IMG/VR virus record: IMGVR_UViG_3300010279_000001 | Span: 32,001 to 96,000 of that record | Origin: a virus | Taxonomy: Duplodnaviria > Caudoviricetes | DNA: 64,000 nt | Reading direction: 5' to 3' (one strand) | Shown here: one piece after another, positions 1-8,236 of the stretch | How the letters are laid out: each line of letters starts with the position of its first letter | How positions within the stretch are numbered: position 1 is the stretch's first letter | Notes under the pieces: generated by a model | What the model was told of the DNA's origin: nothing | What the model saw: the letters and a program-made list of their open reading frames with translations, nothing else | Database searches by the model: none | Position numbers and translations under genes: made by a program

Positions 1-186
1 TTACGTTTTGATACTTATTACCACAACAGGTTTAATGATTTGTATTACATTATTCGTAGCGACAATCCTGAAAAAGTTCTATTTTGTCGTGAGCCTTTTA
101 AAGGTGATAAGGTAGAGTCTGAAATGAGTGTTAGCCACCTTGCAACGATGTTGCTTATGGGCGACTTGGTAGAGGCAGTATTCTAA
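1..186 (+). CDS. 3' end of hypothetical protein (partial)
   Basis: Open frame from base 1 to TAA at 184-186. Confidence 0.6.
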   Translation, partial: LRFDTYYHNRFNDLYYIIRSDNPEKVLFCREPFKGDKVESEMSVSHLATMLLMGDLVEAVF

Positions 187-204
187 ACCGGACAGGGGGG
201 GTTT

Positions 205-390
205 ATGAAGCACTATTGTCTGTCTGGTAGGATGGGTGTTGACTGCGATTGGGTTTTCTTAAAACTTGTCAGTGTCAGAACGTCCATTCCTGTAGAAGAG
301 CAGGAGAGTGAATTGATGTCGTGGATTAATTACTACGGCAACACTTTCCGGTATGTCAAAATGGAAGAGCTGCCAAGTGAGGACGAGTAA
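205..390 (+). CDS. hypothetical protein
   Basis: ORF in + operon, stop/start overlap with next gene. Confidence 0.65.
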   Translation: MKHYCLSGRMGVDCDWVFLKLVSVRTSIPVEEQESELMSWINYYGNTFRYVKMEELPSEDE

Positions 391-686
391 TGAAACTCTT
401 TGCGTGGTTTAAAAAGTTTAAATATAAGGCTGTGGCTATTTTGCCGTGGTCTATCCAGTGGGTTGATGAAGCAGGTCTACCAATACCTGGTGACAAAGAT
501 TCAGGGTACTGGATTATGATGGAAAATGGGTTTGGAAAGCGAAAATTTATGTGCACAAACTCAACCCGATCTATACCTGAGAGAGTGCCCGGTTACAAGC
601 TTATGGTTGTGTGGAAAATGTCAGGCGTTCCTCCAGCCAATGCTCAATTTCTTACTGACAATCCTACCACAGTGGAGGAGAGCTGA
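390..686 (+). CDS. hypothetical protein
   Basis: ORF with GAGGA RBS, coupled to upstream gene. Confidence 0.75.
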   Translation: MKLFAWFKKFKYKAVAILPWSIQWVDEAGLPIPGDKDSGYWIMMENGFGKRKFMCTNSTRSIPERVPGYKLMVVWKMSGVPPANAQFLTDNPTTVEES

Positions 687-688
687 TA

Positions 689-970
689 ATGAAAAAGATT
701 AACAGTAGTGAAGTAGAGTTTAAACTTGTCGGGAAAGGCACCTATTGGGAAGTTCGTCAAAAGGTATACCTGTTCGGTCTTATCCCTTACTGGTCTAAAT
801 TTTACTGGGGGGCTAACGAGTGGGGAAGATACGCCACCAAATCAATGGCGCTTATTGGTATAGCAGAGTACATTGCAGCAAGAGATAGGGTTGGGGACAC
901 TTATTACTACACTGCTGACGAGATTCGTAACAGTGTTTACGTCCCACAACCACCAGAGGGAGACCGTTGA
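689..970 (+). CDS. hypothetical protein
   Basis: ORF with GGAG RBS. Confidence 0.75.
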   Translation: MKKINSSEVEFKLVGKGTYWEVRQKVYLFGLIPYWSKFYWGANEWGRYATKSMALIGIAEYIAARDRVGDTYYYTADEIRNSVYVPQPPEGDR

Positions 971-1194
971 TGAAAGTTAAAGTTTTAGATTCAAGCTTCT
1001 ATATTGGTCAGGAGCCTTTGGTTGGGAAAGTGTTCACCGCCATTCCCAATAAAGAGTATCCAGATCTTCTAAGGATAAAAGGATCGGACCTTATTGATGC
1101 TGGTGCATCTCCGGAGTGTTTTGACAGCCAGTGGACATACAACTTTGCCTTAGGTGAGGATGTTGAGATCGTGGAGGACGACTATGAAGGTTAA
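970..1194 (+). CDS. small paralogue-family protein (MKVKVL...IKGSDL...VEIVE)
   Basis: RBS; clear similarity to 1184, 3116 and 3384 ORFs. Confidence 0.8.
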   Translation: MKVKVLDSSFYIGQEPLVGKVFTAIPNKEYPDLLRIKGSDLIDAGASPECFDSQWTYNFALGEDVEIVEDDYEG

Positions 1195-1438
1195 AATTCT
1201 TGACTCTAACGTCTACTTAGGGCAATCCTTCCTGAAAGGGAAGGTGGTCCCTGCTGTATACTTTGAATGGTTGCCTGACAGCGATCCTGTTCGTCAGCAG
1301 CATTCCGCTGTATCACACTGTGTGGTATTTATCCGTGGTTCAGACCTGATCAAAGCTGGTGCCCCTGAGTATTACTTTGGGGAAGAACACTACTATGCTT
1401 TTGGTGTGGGAACAGACGTAGAGATCGTGGAGCTGTAG
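1184..1438 (+). CDS. small paralogue-family protein
   Basis: GGAGG RBS before ATG 1184; MKVKILDS...IRGSDLIKAGA...DVEIVEL. Confidence 0.8.
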   Translation: MKVKILDSNVYLGQSFLKGKVVPAVYFEWLPDSDPVRQQHSAVSHCVVFIRGSDLIKAGAPEYYFGEEHYYAFGVGTDVEIVEL

Positions 1439-1439
1439 T

Positions 1440-1838
1440 ATGAAGAACAAGCTTTTCAAAGTTACCATGAAAATTCGCGGAGCTTGGAGCGTAAAGCAAG
1501 GGCGCATCCCTGAATTCGAGAAAGATTTCTACGTAGTATCAACCTCCAAAGAGGCTGCATGCTGGCAGGCTGGCTATGCCTACGCAAGAACCTGGTACGA
1601 AGGATACCAGACTGGAGGTTATGATGGAGAAATTATTAGCAAGGGTGTGGAAGAAATTAATGTGTTGACAAGTGAAAAGGTTTTTGTTATAGTGCACCCA
1701 GATTCCAGAGTGAAGCATTACTGGAATGCTAAAACAAAAACCTGGACACCATTTGCGGACGCCGCTACACCGCTTTTAAACCGGAAAGCTCTTGACTCTG
1801 TTCCGAGTTACGGGATTGTTGAAGAAAAGCTAAACTGA
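1440..1838 (+). CDS. hypothetical protein, paralogue of 3716..4111
   Basis: Shared FV..HP.....YW......WTP....AT.L C-terminal motif. Confidence 0.8.
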   Translation: MKNKLFKVTMKIRGAWSVKQGRIPEFEKDFYVVSTSKEAACWQAGYAYARTWYEGYQTGGYDGEIISKGVEEINVLTSEKVFVIVHPDSRVKHYWNAKTKTWTPFADAATPLLNRKALDSVPSYGIVEEKLN

Positions 1839-1855
1839 AACAGTGAGGTGCCAAA

Positions 1856-2140
1856 ATGATGGATTTAGTTCTGAATATTGACAACGAAGGTGCTTTCGAG
1901 GCACCAAAGAGTATTGATCAGTCGTGCCCTGGTAAAATTGACTCGAAATGGACCTATAAGTTTGACGGGGAAATCTTTGCAAACGACTATAAGGTGGTTG
2001 ATGCTGCAGCAATTTTAAACGCTCTAGGATATGACCCTGTGAACTCTTTGATCAAGGATCCTATCGAGTTTGCAGAGCATACTCGGAAAATGGCAGATCT
2101 TGCTGCAGATATTTTAAAAACTATCGACAATAATCTGTAA
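1856..2140 (+). CDS. hypothetical protein
   Basis: GAGGTG RBS. Confidence 0.75.
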   Translation: MMDLVLNIDNEGAFEAPKSIDQSCPGKIDSKWTYKFDGEIFANDYKVVDAAAILNALGYDPVNSLIKDPIEFAEHTRKMADLAADILKTIDNNL

Positions 2141-2146
2141 AAACTG

Positions 2147-2175
2147 TTGACACAACGCTCCAGACTTAGTATTAT
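2147..2175 (+). promoter_or_regulatory. sigma70-type promoter upstream of hpf
   Basis: TTGACA-17-TATTAT. Confidence 0.75.
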
Positions 2176-2222
2176 TGTTTTCAAAGAGGGAATGGTTCCC
2201 TCTTCTGCAAAAGGAACACGTT

Positions 2223-2537
2223 ATGCAAATTGAAATCACTAGCAACGTAGAAATCACCGAAGGTATGGTATCTTTCATTTCCCATAAAATGTCCAAACTG
2301 GAGCGTCTGCATCCGTCTGTGAATCATGCACGTGTGAGTGTTAAGGTTGAAAATGACCACCAGGAAGTGATGGCATTTATTTTTGACACTTCTGGAAAAG
2401 AAGTTATTGCCAAAGCTAAGGGTAGTGATGCTTACGAGGCAACTGATCGCATGATCGATGTTGCAGCACGCCAACTGGCGAAATGCGGTGGCAAGAAAGG
2501 GAAGGGAAAGGGTAAAGGAAAGATTGACTTTGAGTAA
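2223..2537 (+). CDS. hpf: ribosome hibernation factor HPF/RaiA (S30AE) homologue
   Basis: MQIEIT..VEIT......I..K..KLER and A.A.GSD.YEA.D..ID...RQL match the HPF/YfiA family pattern. Confidence 0.85.
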   Translation: MQIEITSNVEITEGMVSFISHKMSKLERLHPSVNHARVSVKVENDHQEVMAFIFDTSGKEVIAKAKGSDAYEATDRMIDVAARQLAKCGGKKGKGKGKGKIDFE

Positions 2538-2549
2538 ACAGGTGCTATA

Positions 2550-2651
2550 ATGAGCTTACTTAAGAAATTAGTTCCAAGTGTAGAGATTGCATGCTTTGAA
2601 ATTATGTTTGCAATCGCAGTTGTAGTGAATGTGTTAGGTTACGGCTATTAA
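2550..2651 (+). CDS. 33-aa membrane peptide
   Basis: Manual translation MSLLKKLVPSVEIACFEIMFAIAVVVNVLGYGY; AGGTG RBS. Confidence 0.55.
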   Translation: MSLLKKLVPSVEIACFEIMFAIAVVVNVLGYGY

Positions 2652-2680
2652 TATCATCAACTAATTGAGGAGACTCCTAT

Positions 2681-2950
2681 ATGAAAATTAAACTGTTCAA
2701 AACTGAAGAAGCAGATAAGGCTTGCGGCCTGGTAGAAGGTATGGTCGTGGAAGCTCAGCTTGTTGACTATATGAAGCTTGTGCGTGATGCATTAGGTGAT
2801 GGTTTCGACTTAATGGAACCAGCTCTGCGAGAAGATATTATCGAGATGGCTAAAAAGCACACACCGGAAGGTTTGGCAGTGTTTGTGGCACCTGGTAACG
2901 GAGAAGAGTTGATTGTAACTCCGGATGTGTATGAGATTGTAGAGGAGTAA
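2681..2950 (+). CDS. small paralogue-family protein (MKIKL...YEIVEE)
   Basis: GAGGAG RBS; family termini. Confidence 0.8.
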   Translation: MKIKLFKTEEADKACGLVEGMVVEAQLVDYMKLVRDALGDGFDLMEPALREDIIEMAKKHTPEGLAVFVAPGNGEELIVTPDVYEIVEE

Positions 2951-2952
2951 TC

Positions 2953-3072
2953 ATGCTTGATTTGGCATACTTCCTTACCGTTATAGGTACACCCTTTGTT
3001 GCTGCCTACGGTGTATGGGTGGTTATGGAACGCAACACATTAAAAGATTTTCTTGTTAAGAAAGGCCTGTAA
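2953..3072 (+). CDS. 39-aa membrane peptide
   Basis: GAGGAG RBS; MLDLAYFLTVIGTPFVAAYGVWVVM... Confidence 0.6.
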   Translation: MLDLAYFLTVIGTPFVAAYGVWVVMERNTLKDFLVKKGL

Positions 3073-3115
3073 TTTGTAGGGGAATGGAATCCCTTCTTAA
3101 CAGAGGTGAGATTGT

Positions 3116-3379
3116 ATGATTATCTATTTTAAAACTTCAGGCGGCTATCCGGATTCTCAAAACTTAATTGGAAAAACGTGCACAGCATACTCACCTCTTG
3201 ATGAGGAAGTAAGCGATATCTTGCGAGATATGTATCGGATTGACCCTCAAGAAGCTTTTGATCAAAACCTTGTGTTTGTTAAGGGTTCGGATATTAAATC
3301 TTTGGGAGCATTTCCTGACGCAGATGATACTGCCGTTTATTCATTTATGACTCCTTTTGAAGCTATGATTGTAGGGTGA
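3116..3379 (+). CDS. small paralogue-family protein
   Basis: GAGGTG RBS; VFVKGSDIKSLGA motif. Confidence 0.8.
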   Translation: MIIYFKTSGGYPDSQNLIGKTCTAYSPLDEEVSDILRDMYRIDPQEAFDQNLVFVKGSDIKSLGAFPDADDTAVYSFMTPFEAMIVG

Positions 3380-3383
3380 GTAT

Positions 3384-3716
3384 ATGAAAGTACGTTTTAT
3401 TGGTGAAACAATCCCTGTGCACTTACGGTCTCCTGATGACTCTGCAGAACTTGCGTCCCAAAAGGCTAGGGGTTATGACAAGAAGGTTCATTCAACCACT
3501 GTAGAGCTTGAGGCCACCAGTCTTCCTGACCCTGCTGCATTCTTTAATCACTACGGCTACTATTTCAGTAACCTGATGAATATTGGCGAGCTTGTGTTTA
3601 TTAAAGGTGGTGAAATAGTTAGTAAGCTTGGTGGCGATCCAGGTATATTTCATGAAACTTGCCCTTTTGCATTTGTGGTGGGCTCAGACGTGGAAATTAT
3701 TGAGGAGGTTCGGTAA
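3384..3716 (+). CDS. small paralogue-family protein
   Basis: MKVRF...VFIKGGEI...DVEIIEE. Confidence 0.8.
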   Translation: MKVRFIGETIPVHLRSPDDSAELASQKARGYDKKVHSTTVELEATSLPDPAAFFNHYGYYFSNLMNIGELVFIKGGEIVSKLGGDPGIFHETCPFAFVVGSDVEIIEEVR

Positions 3717-4111
3717 TGGTAAGTCTGTATCGGGTGGAATATAGCTCAGACACTGTATACAATGTAAGAAGCAAAGACCGCAGCGATAGAGTGCAAGAAA
3801 TGTATGTTCTTGCCGACAGTCCGTTATCTGCAGCGTTCAAGGCAGGAGCCCTTGCATCTCGTTGGAAATTTGAGGGCGGGTCTTTCTATGAGGAAACCCT
3901 TGAAGATTCTGTTGTTATTTCTTCTGTAGAGGTCTCAGACGACTACGGTGGGAAGCAGTTTGTGATGCGACACCCGCACGACAATATGGCATATTACTGG
4001 GATGTTTTGAACAACGAGTGGACTCCAGATCTTCAAAAGGCCACTGTGCTAACACCGTTCTTGGCAGATAAGTTCCCTCCAGAAGGTAGTTTATCTGCAC
4101 TGTTTCAGTAA
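3716..4111 (+). CDS. hypothetical protein, paralogue of 1440..1838
   Basis: GGAGG RBS; shared motifs. Confidence 0.8.
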   Translation: MVSLYRVEYSSDTVYNVRSKDRSDRVQEMYVLADSPLSAAFKAGALASRWKFEGGSFYEETLEDSVVISSVEVSDDYGGKQFVMRHPHDNMAYYWDVLNNEWTPDLQKATVLTPFLADKFPPEGSLSALFQ

Positions 4112-4129
4112 TTTTCCGGCACATAGGTG

Positions 4130-4158
4130 TTGACAACACCAACCCTGTGTGCAATAAT
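4130..4158 (+). promoter_or_regulatory. sigma70-type promoter
   Basis: TTGACA-17-AATAAT with extended TG. Confidence 0.65.
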
Positions 4159-4190
4159 ACCTTCATCTTAACAAGATAGGAGACTGATTG

Positions 4191-4448
4191 ATGAAAATTA
4201 AACTGAAAAACCTTGAAACGGCAGAGATTCAAGATGGTGTTGATTTCCGTTCTAAAGATGGTGACATCTTAGAGGTGAATCTTCCGACCTACGAGCTGAT
4301 TAAAGGTTTTGGCAACGTCCCTGAGGAAGGCATCGCAGACGTTCTTCTAATGTTGATCATTAATGGAACAGTGTTCTTAGGCGAAGGTGAGAACGCCATC
4401 GCAATCCCGAGCAATTTTTATGAAATAGTTGACGAAGAGGTACTGTAA
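4191..4448 (+). CDS. small acidic paralogue-family protein
   Basis: AGGAG RBS; MKIKL...FYEIVDE. Confidence 0.8.
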   Translation: MKIKLKNLETAEIQDGVDFRSKDGDILEVNLPTYELIKGFGNVPEEGIADVLLMLIINGTVFLGEGENAIAIPSNFYEIVDEEVL

Positions 4449-4799
4449 ATGAAAGTAGAAATCACAGGTTTTGATATGAATGCGGTCCCGGAAGATATCT
4501 TAGCTAAACTTCCGGAAGATTTTGGTAACGGTGTGGTAGTGGATGCTATTCCACCAACCAAAGACATCCTGCTGCAATATGGTGTGGTAGCAGACGATGT
4601 AGATAAAGTTCTGACAATGATGGCAATCGATCGTGTTGTCGTTGTTCAAGGTCTGGAAGGTTTTGCTAACGATCCTCTGATTATCCGTGGAGATGATTAT
4701 CGTATCATCGACAACGAAGGACAAGAGTTCTACGAACCTTCTGCTGAAGATGTTCTTAATTTACTACTGGAAGCAGGCACCCAAGAGGAGGACGAATAA
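4449..4799 (+). CDS. small acidic paralogue-family protein
   Basis: MKVEI...DAIPPT...DYRIID. Confidence 0.8.
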   Translation: MKVEITGFDMNAVPEDILAKLPEDFGNGVVVDAIPPTKDILLQYGVVADDVDKVLTMMAIDRVVVVQGLEGFANDPLIIRGDDYRIIDNEGQEFYEPSAEDVLNLLLEAGTQEEDE

Positions 4800-5128
4800 T
4801 GAATATTGATCCGTTACTGAAAGCTCGTGCAGAAAAAGCTTACATCATCAAACTTACTAATCTGGTTCCTGATTGTCATCCGGATGTGGGTTGGCCTGAA
4901 GGTCTGACAGAAGGGACTGTAACAACTGCATATCTTCCAAATATTAAATACCTCATGGAAATCCTAGAGATTGATGAGGACATGGCAAAACAGTTCCAGT
5001 TTGACATGCAGCGCAATGGAGCTCTGGTTATCCATGGGTGGTATAACACTAAAGATGAAGAAGACCCTCTGGTGACTTCAAACCTGGCATATGAAATTTT
5101 AGGACCTTTGGATCTGGAGGGTGCTTGA
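4799..5128 (+). CDS. small paralogue-family protein
   Basis: GGAGG RBS; TAYLP...AYEILG. Confidence 0.8.
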   Translation: MNIDPLLKARAEKAYIIKLTNLVPDCHPDVGWPEGLTEGTVTTAYLPNIKYLMEILEIDEDMAKQFQFDMQRNGALVIHGWYNTKDEEDPLVTSNLAYEILGPLDLEGA

Positions 5129-5415
5129 TGAACAGCTTGGTAAAGATTAAGATTAAGGACACCAACGGAGAACTCAGTCATTTCGGAATTAACGATGGTG
5201 ATGAGCTGATTGCATACCTTCCCACTAAAGAAACCGTTAGCAAAGCTGTCGCTGGTGAGAAGGAAGCAATGCAGGAAGCTGGGGTGGACGAAAACTTTGT
5301 AGCTATGTGCATGTGTAGGGATCAAGTTGTTCTATATAAGGCGTATCGCCCTAACGGCGCTGTAGAATGGCTTGTTTTCCGTCCTGATGGATATGAGGTT
5401 ATGGAGTATTTGTGA
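5128..5415 (+). CDS. small paralogue-family protein
   Basis: GGAGG RBS; VKIKIK...IAYLPT...GYEVME. Confidence 0.8.
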   Translation: MNSLVKIKIKDTNGELSHFGINDGDELIAYLPTKETVSKAVAGEKEAMQEAGVDENFVAMCMCRDQVVLYKAYRPNGAVEWLVFRPDGYEVMEYL

Positions 5416-5495
5416 TGAACATGTCCAAAGTTGTAACAGCAGCATTGGTAATCACCATCATATCCACTGTGTTGTTGTGCGTTTTTGGGCACTGA
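5415..5495 (+). CDS. 26-aa membrane peptide
   Basis: Manual translation MNMSKVVTAALVITIISTVLLCVFGH. Confidence 0.5.
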   Translation: MNMSKVVTAALVITIISTVLLCVFGH

Positions 5496-5505
5496 GAGGT
5501 GCCCT

Positions 5506-5772
5506 GTGAATATCTTAATGTGGGGCATAACAGTAGCCTTTGTAGCGTGTTTTTTCAGCTGGGTTGCTGTCAGGGTTTCTGTAGCCGTTCTTAGAAGACT
5601 TGGGTTTTCAGAGTGGGAGATTAGCATTCTTTCTTTCCGCAACGAAACAATATCCGCAGCCCTGCTTTGCAAGAGGTTTAAGTGGGAACCTTGGGAAGTC
5701 ATGAACTACATAAAAACAGGAGAGATTCCTGAAAGATTTAAAAAAGTTCTTGACTCTACAAACGATAGGTAG
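5506..5772 (+). CDS. hypothetical membrane protein
   Basis: GAGGTG RBS before GTG; N-terminal hydrophobic segment. Confidence 0.65.
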   Translation: MNILMWGITVAFVACFFSWVAVRVSVAVLRRLGFSEWEISILSFRNETISAALLCKRFKWEPWEVMNYIKTGEIPERFKKVLDSTNDR

Positions 5773-5800
5773 TATTATGCACTTCAACAAGGGGGAATGA

Positions 5801-5941
5801 ATGACTGATTTTACTGAAGCTTTGGCGATGGCTCTGTCTGTTTTAGCGTTATCGGTGTGTTTTGGAGCAGTATTCACTTCCTTGGTTAAAATTTTGCATA
5901 CTGTATTCTCACCTAAGGGGCACGATAATGACAAAGATTGA
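5801..5941 (+). CDS. 46-aa membrane peptide
   Basis: Manual translation MTDFTEALAMALSVLALSVCFGAVF...; downstream of TTGACT...TATTAT promoter. Confidence 0.55.
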   Translation: MTDFTEALAMALSVLALSVCFGAVFTSLVKILHTVFSPKGHDNDKD

Positions 5942-6179
5942 ATTAAACGCTGGGGATCATGTTGTTGTCAAATGTATCGGAGATTATCTCGGATTTACAA
6001 TTGGAAACACCTACGAGGCGATGGTAGCTAAGATCTATCATGATAAAGTCCTAAGTCTTGTGTTTGACTGTGACGATGATGGTGATGACCGCTATGTCTG
6101 CGAGGTTTTGGCACGAGACGATAGCGAAGACCAGAAATTCCTGGTTATTGAACTGAACGGCATTTTTGTAGAACGTTAA
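5928..6179 (+). CDS. small SH3-like family protein (VKC...FT.G..Y...DDDGD)
   Basis: Motif shared with ORFs at 28.8-31.5 kb. Confidence 0.7.
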   Translation: MTKIELNAGDHVVVKCIGDYLGFTIGNTYEAMVAKIYHDKVLSLVFDCDDDGDDRYVCEVLARDDSEDQKFLVIELNGIFVER

Positions 6180-6204
6180 TTAAAAATATAAGGAGACTCT
6201 TACT

Positions 6205-6510
6205 ATGGCTAAATCTAAAGTTGAACTGTTCACCTCCCTGCCTTCTGACATTGCAGAACGTGATCGCCTCCGTAAAACCATCGAAGAGCTGGTGGAACTT
6301 CAGCTTCAGATTAAAGATCTGAAAGATGCTATCAAGGATATCATTCTTGTTGAGAAACAGGATCACTTGTATTCTCCTAAATTCATCAAATCTCTGGTAG
6401 CTACTGAATTCGATATTCGCTACGAAGCTGAAAAACGTCGCGCTAAGCTGGAAGAAGAAGTTGAACACATGTCTGAAGCAGATATCCTGTTCAAACGAGC
6501 TGCAGAATAA
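6205..6510 (+). CDS. T4 DsbA/GapR-like dsDNA-binding protein
   Basis: Coiled L...IEE.......I.D....IKDI....K pattern; AGGAG RBS; followed by a terminator. Confidence 0.6.
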   Translation: MAKSKVELFTSLPSDIAERDRLRKTIEELVELQLQIKDLKDAIKDIILVEKQDHLYSPKFIKSLVATEFDIRYEAEKRRAKLEEEVEHMSEADILFKRAAE

Positions 6511-6516
6511 TGTCAC

Positions 6517-6541
6517 AGAGGGGCTCCGGCCCCTCTTTTTC
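6517..6541 (+). terminator. intrinsic terminator
   Basis: AGAGGGGC-tccg-GCCCCTCT followed by T-tract. Confidence 0.8.
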
Positions 6542-6562
6542 TATCTACAAAAAGGACCAGTT

Positions 6563-6889
6563 ATGAGAATACCTGTTACAGTGAAAGAGCTCAATGATCG
6601 CGATGTGGGTGGACTCTGGCCTGCACGAAAAATCCGCTGCGTTTACATGAAAGAGAGTCTGGTGCATCTTGAGCAGCAGATTAATGTTGGAGATATCTTT
6701 GAAGTTCTCTACTCAAACCGTCGAAACTGGGAAACCATTCAACCTTCAGGTTTTGTTCTTGCCCGACTGGATACCGGAGAAGTAATTATTCCAGGCCTAG
6801 ACATTGTCTTTGAAATTATTCAGGAGTGGGATCCTGATAAGATGAAATATGAAGAGCTGTTCGGTGAGGATATTATCAAACCTGTGTGA
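6563..6889 (+). CDS. hypothetical protein
   Basis: AAGGA RBS before ATG 6563. Confidence 0.7.
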   Translation: MRIPVTVKELNDRDVGGLWPARKIRCVYMKESLVHLEQQINVGDIFEVLYSNRRNWETIQPSGFVLARLDTGEVIIPGLDIVFEIIQEWDPDKMKYEELFGEDIIKPV

Positions 6890-6896
6890 GGTGACT

Positions 6897-7193
6897 ATGG
6901 CTACAACCGCTAAATACTCCTATTTGCCAGCTACCTCTGCAGAAATAGACTTCAGTTTTGATGTATTCCCACTGTTTGAGATAGTTCTGACATATCCGGA
7001 CAGAGTATCTGCCCCTGAATCACTGGTCCCTGTTGGATTGAAAAACGCTATGCATTCCATCCACTATAACAACAAGTGCAGGCACAAGTGGTGTCAGGAT
7101 GAAGAAAAGGATCTGGAGAGCTTAAAAGGCTTTGACGAGCACCTTTTGGAACCTTTTAGCTACTCAAATCTGGATAAACCTGGATGGGTATAG
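6897..7193 (+). CDS. hypothetical protein
   Basis: GAGGTG RBS before ATG 6897. Confidence 0.7.
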   Translation: MATTAKYSYLPATSAEIDFSFDVFPLFEIVLTYPDRVSAPESLVPVGLKNAMHSIHYNNKCRHKWCQDEEKDLESLKGFDEHLLEPFSYSNLDKPGWV

Positions 7194-7406
7194 TTAAATA
7201 TCAATTTTAAGGCTTCTGTGACGCTCTGTGGCGTCCTTTTTTGTCATCAGGCTACTATTACCTATCCTGAGTAGTCGATTGCGTTACAGAGAGTTTTAGA
7301 GAGTTTCTCCACACAACATTCTTTTCGAGCGTAGCGAGAACGCACGCCCGTTTTGACCCAAACTACTATACGCTCGGATTTTAACCAAACCCTCGCGGCG
7401 TTCCTG

Positions 7407-7435
7407 TTGACACATTCCTCCCCCCGTGATAGTAT
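7407..7435 (+). promoter_or_regulatory. sigma70-type promoter
   Basis: TTGACA-17-TAGTAT with extended TG. Confidence 0.7.
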
Positions 7436-7465
7436 CCACACATAGTTTAAAGAGGAGTGTGCACC

Positions 7466-7552
7466 ATGAAAACATCATCTGAAGTTTTAATCGTAATTCT
7501 GATGATCATTGTCGCTATAGCAGCAGTTGCTGAGATACTTTACACCTTATAG
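7466..7552 (+). CDS. 28-aa membrane peptide
   Basis: GAGGAG RBS; MKTSSEVLIVILMIIVAIAAVAEILYTL. Confidence 0.65.
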   Translation: MKTSSEVLIVILMIIVAIAAVAEILYTL

Positions 7553-7560
7553 AGGTAAAC

Positions 7561-7737
7561 ATGACCAACACATATACACCTAAAGAGCCGGTGAAAGAGG
7601 AAAACTCCAATTCTGAAGGCACTGTGCCGCAATCTCAGGGCGATCCGGAGGCGGCTGACCTCACTTGGGAAGATATTGTAGACATCTGGTTTGCCATTAT
7701 GCCTGAGCACGAAGAGTTTAGAGGTGGCAGACTATGA
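7561..7737 (+). CDS. 58-aa acidic protein
   Basis: GAGGT RBS; manual translation. Confidence 0.6.
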   Translation: MTNTYTPKEPVKEENSNSEGTVPQSQGDPEAADLTWEDIVDIWFAIMPEHEEFRGGRL

Positions 7738-7904
7738 AGCACCGAGCCCACACAAGTTTCTCATGCTAAGGCATGGCCTGAAGAGCCGCCCGAAGGGGTG
7801 ACCTAGTCACCTGGCATAGCCAGCGAAAGAGGCAAACGTATATAAATTCCAGTGTATTGGAGAGTATAAACCCTGTTCACACTTTTATTTCTAAAGGAGA
7901 TTGC

Positions 7905-8126
7905 ATGAAGATAGAAATATTTGGTGGTGCTGACAACACTCGTGGCCTGATTTATCTTGAATTCGATGAATCCTATCTGCCAGAAGTGTTGAATATGAAT
8001 GCTGTGGCTGAGGCTCTGGGAATAAGTCCTAAAGATCTCTACTCTGATGCTGAGATTGATGGTTGGGAAGAGACTATAAACATTGATTTCAGTGAAGTTG
8101 ACTGGATTGACCCCGAAAGCGTTTAG
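7905..8126 (+). CDS. small acidic protein
   Basis: AAGGAG RBS before ATG 7905. Confidence 0.7.
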   Translation: MKIEIFGGADNTRGLIYLEFDESYLPEVLNMNAVAEALGISPKDLYSDAEIDGWEETINIDFSEVDWIDPESV

Positions 8127-8206
8127 CTCCTGAACTAAATTTCCCACCAACAGAATGACTTACCTTCCTCACGTGACTGTTTGCTTGTTTAGTGAGCAGT
8201 CATGCC

Positions 8207-8236
8207 TTGACATTTTCCCACACCTGCTGATAAAAT
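8207..8236 (+). promoter_or_regulatory. sigma70-type promoter firing into the non-coding block
   Basis: TTGACA-18-TAAAAT with extended TG; no credible ORF downstream. Confidence 0.6.
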
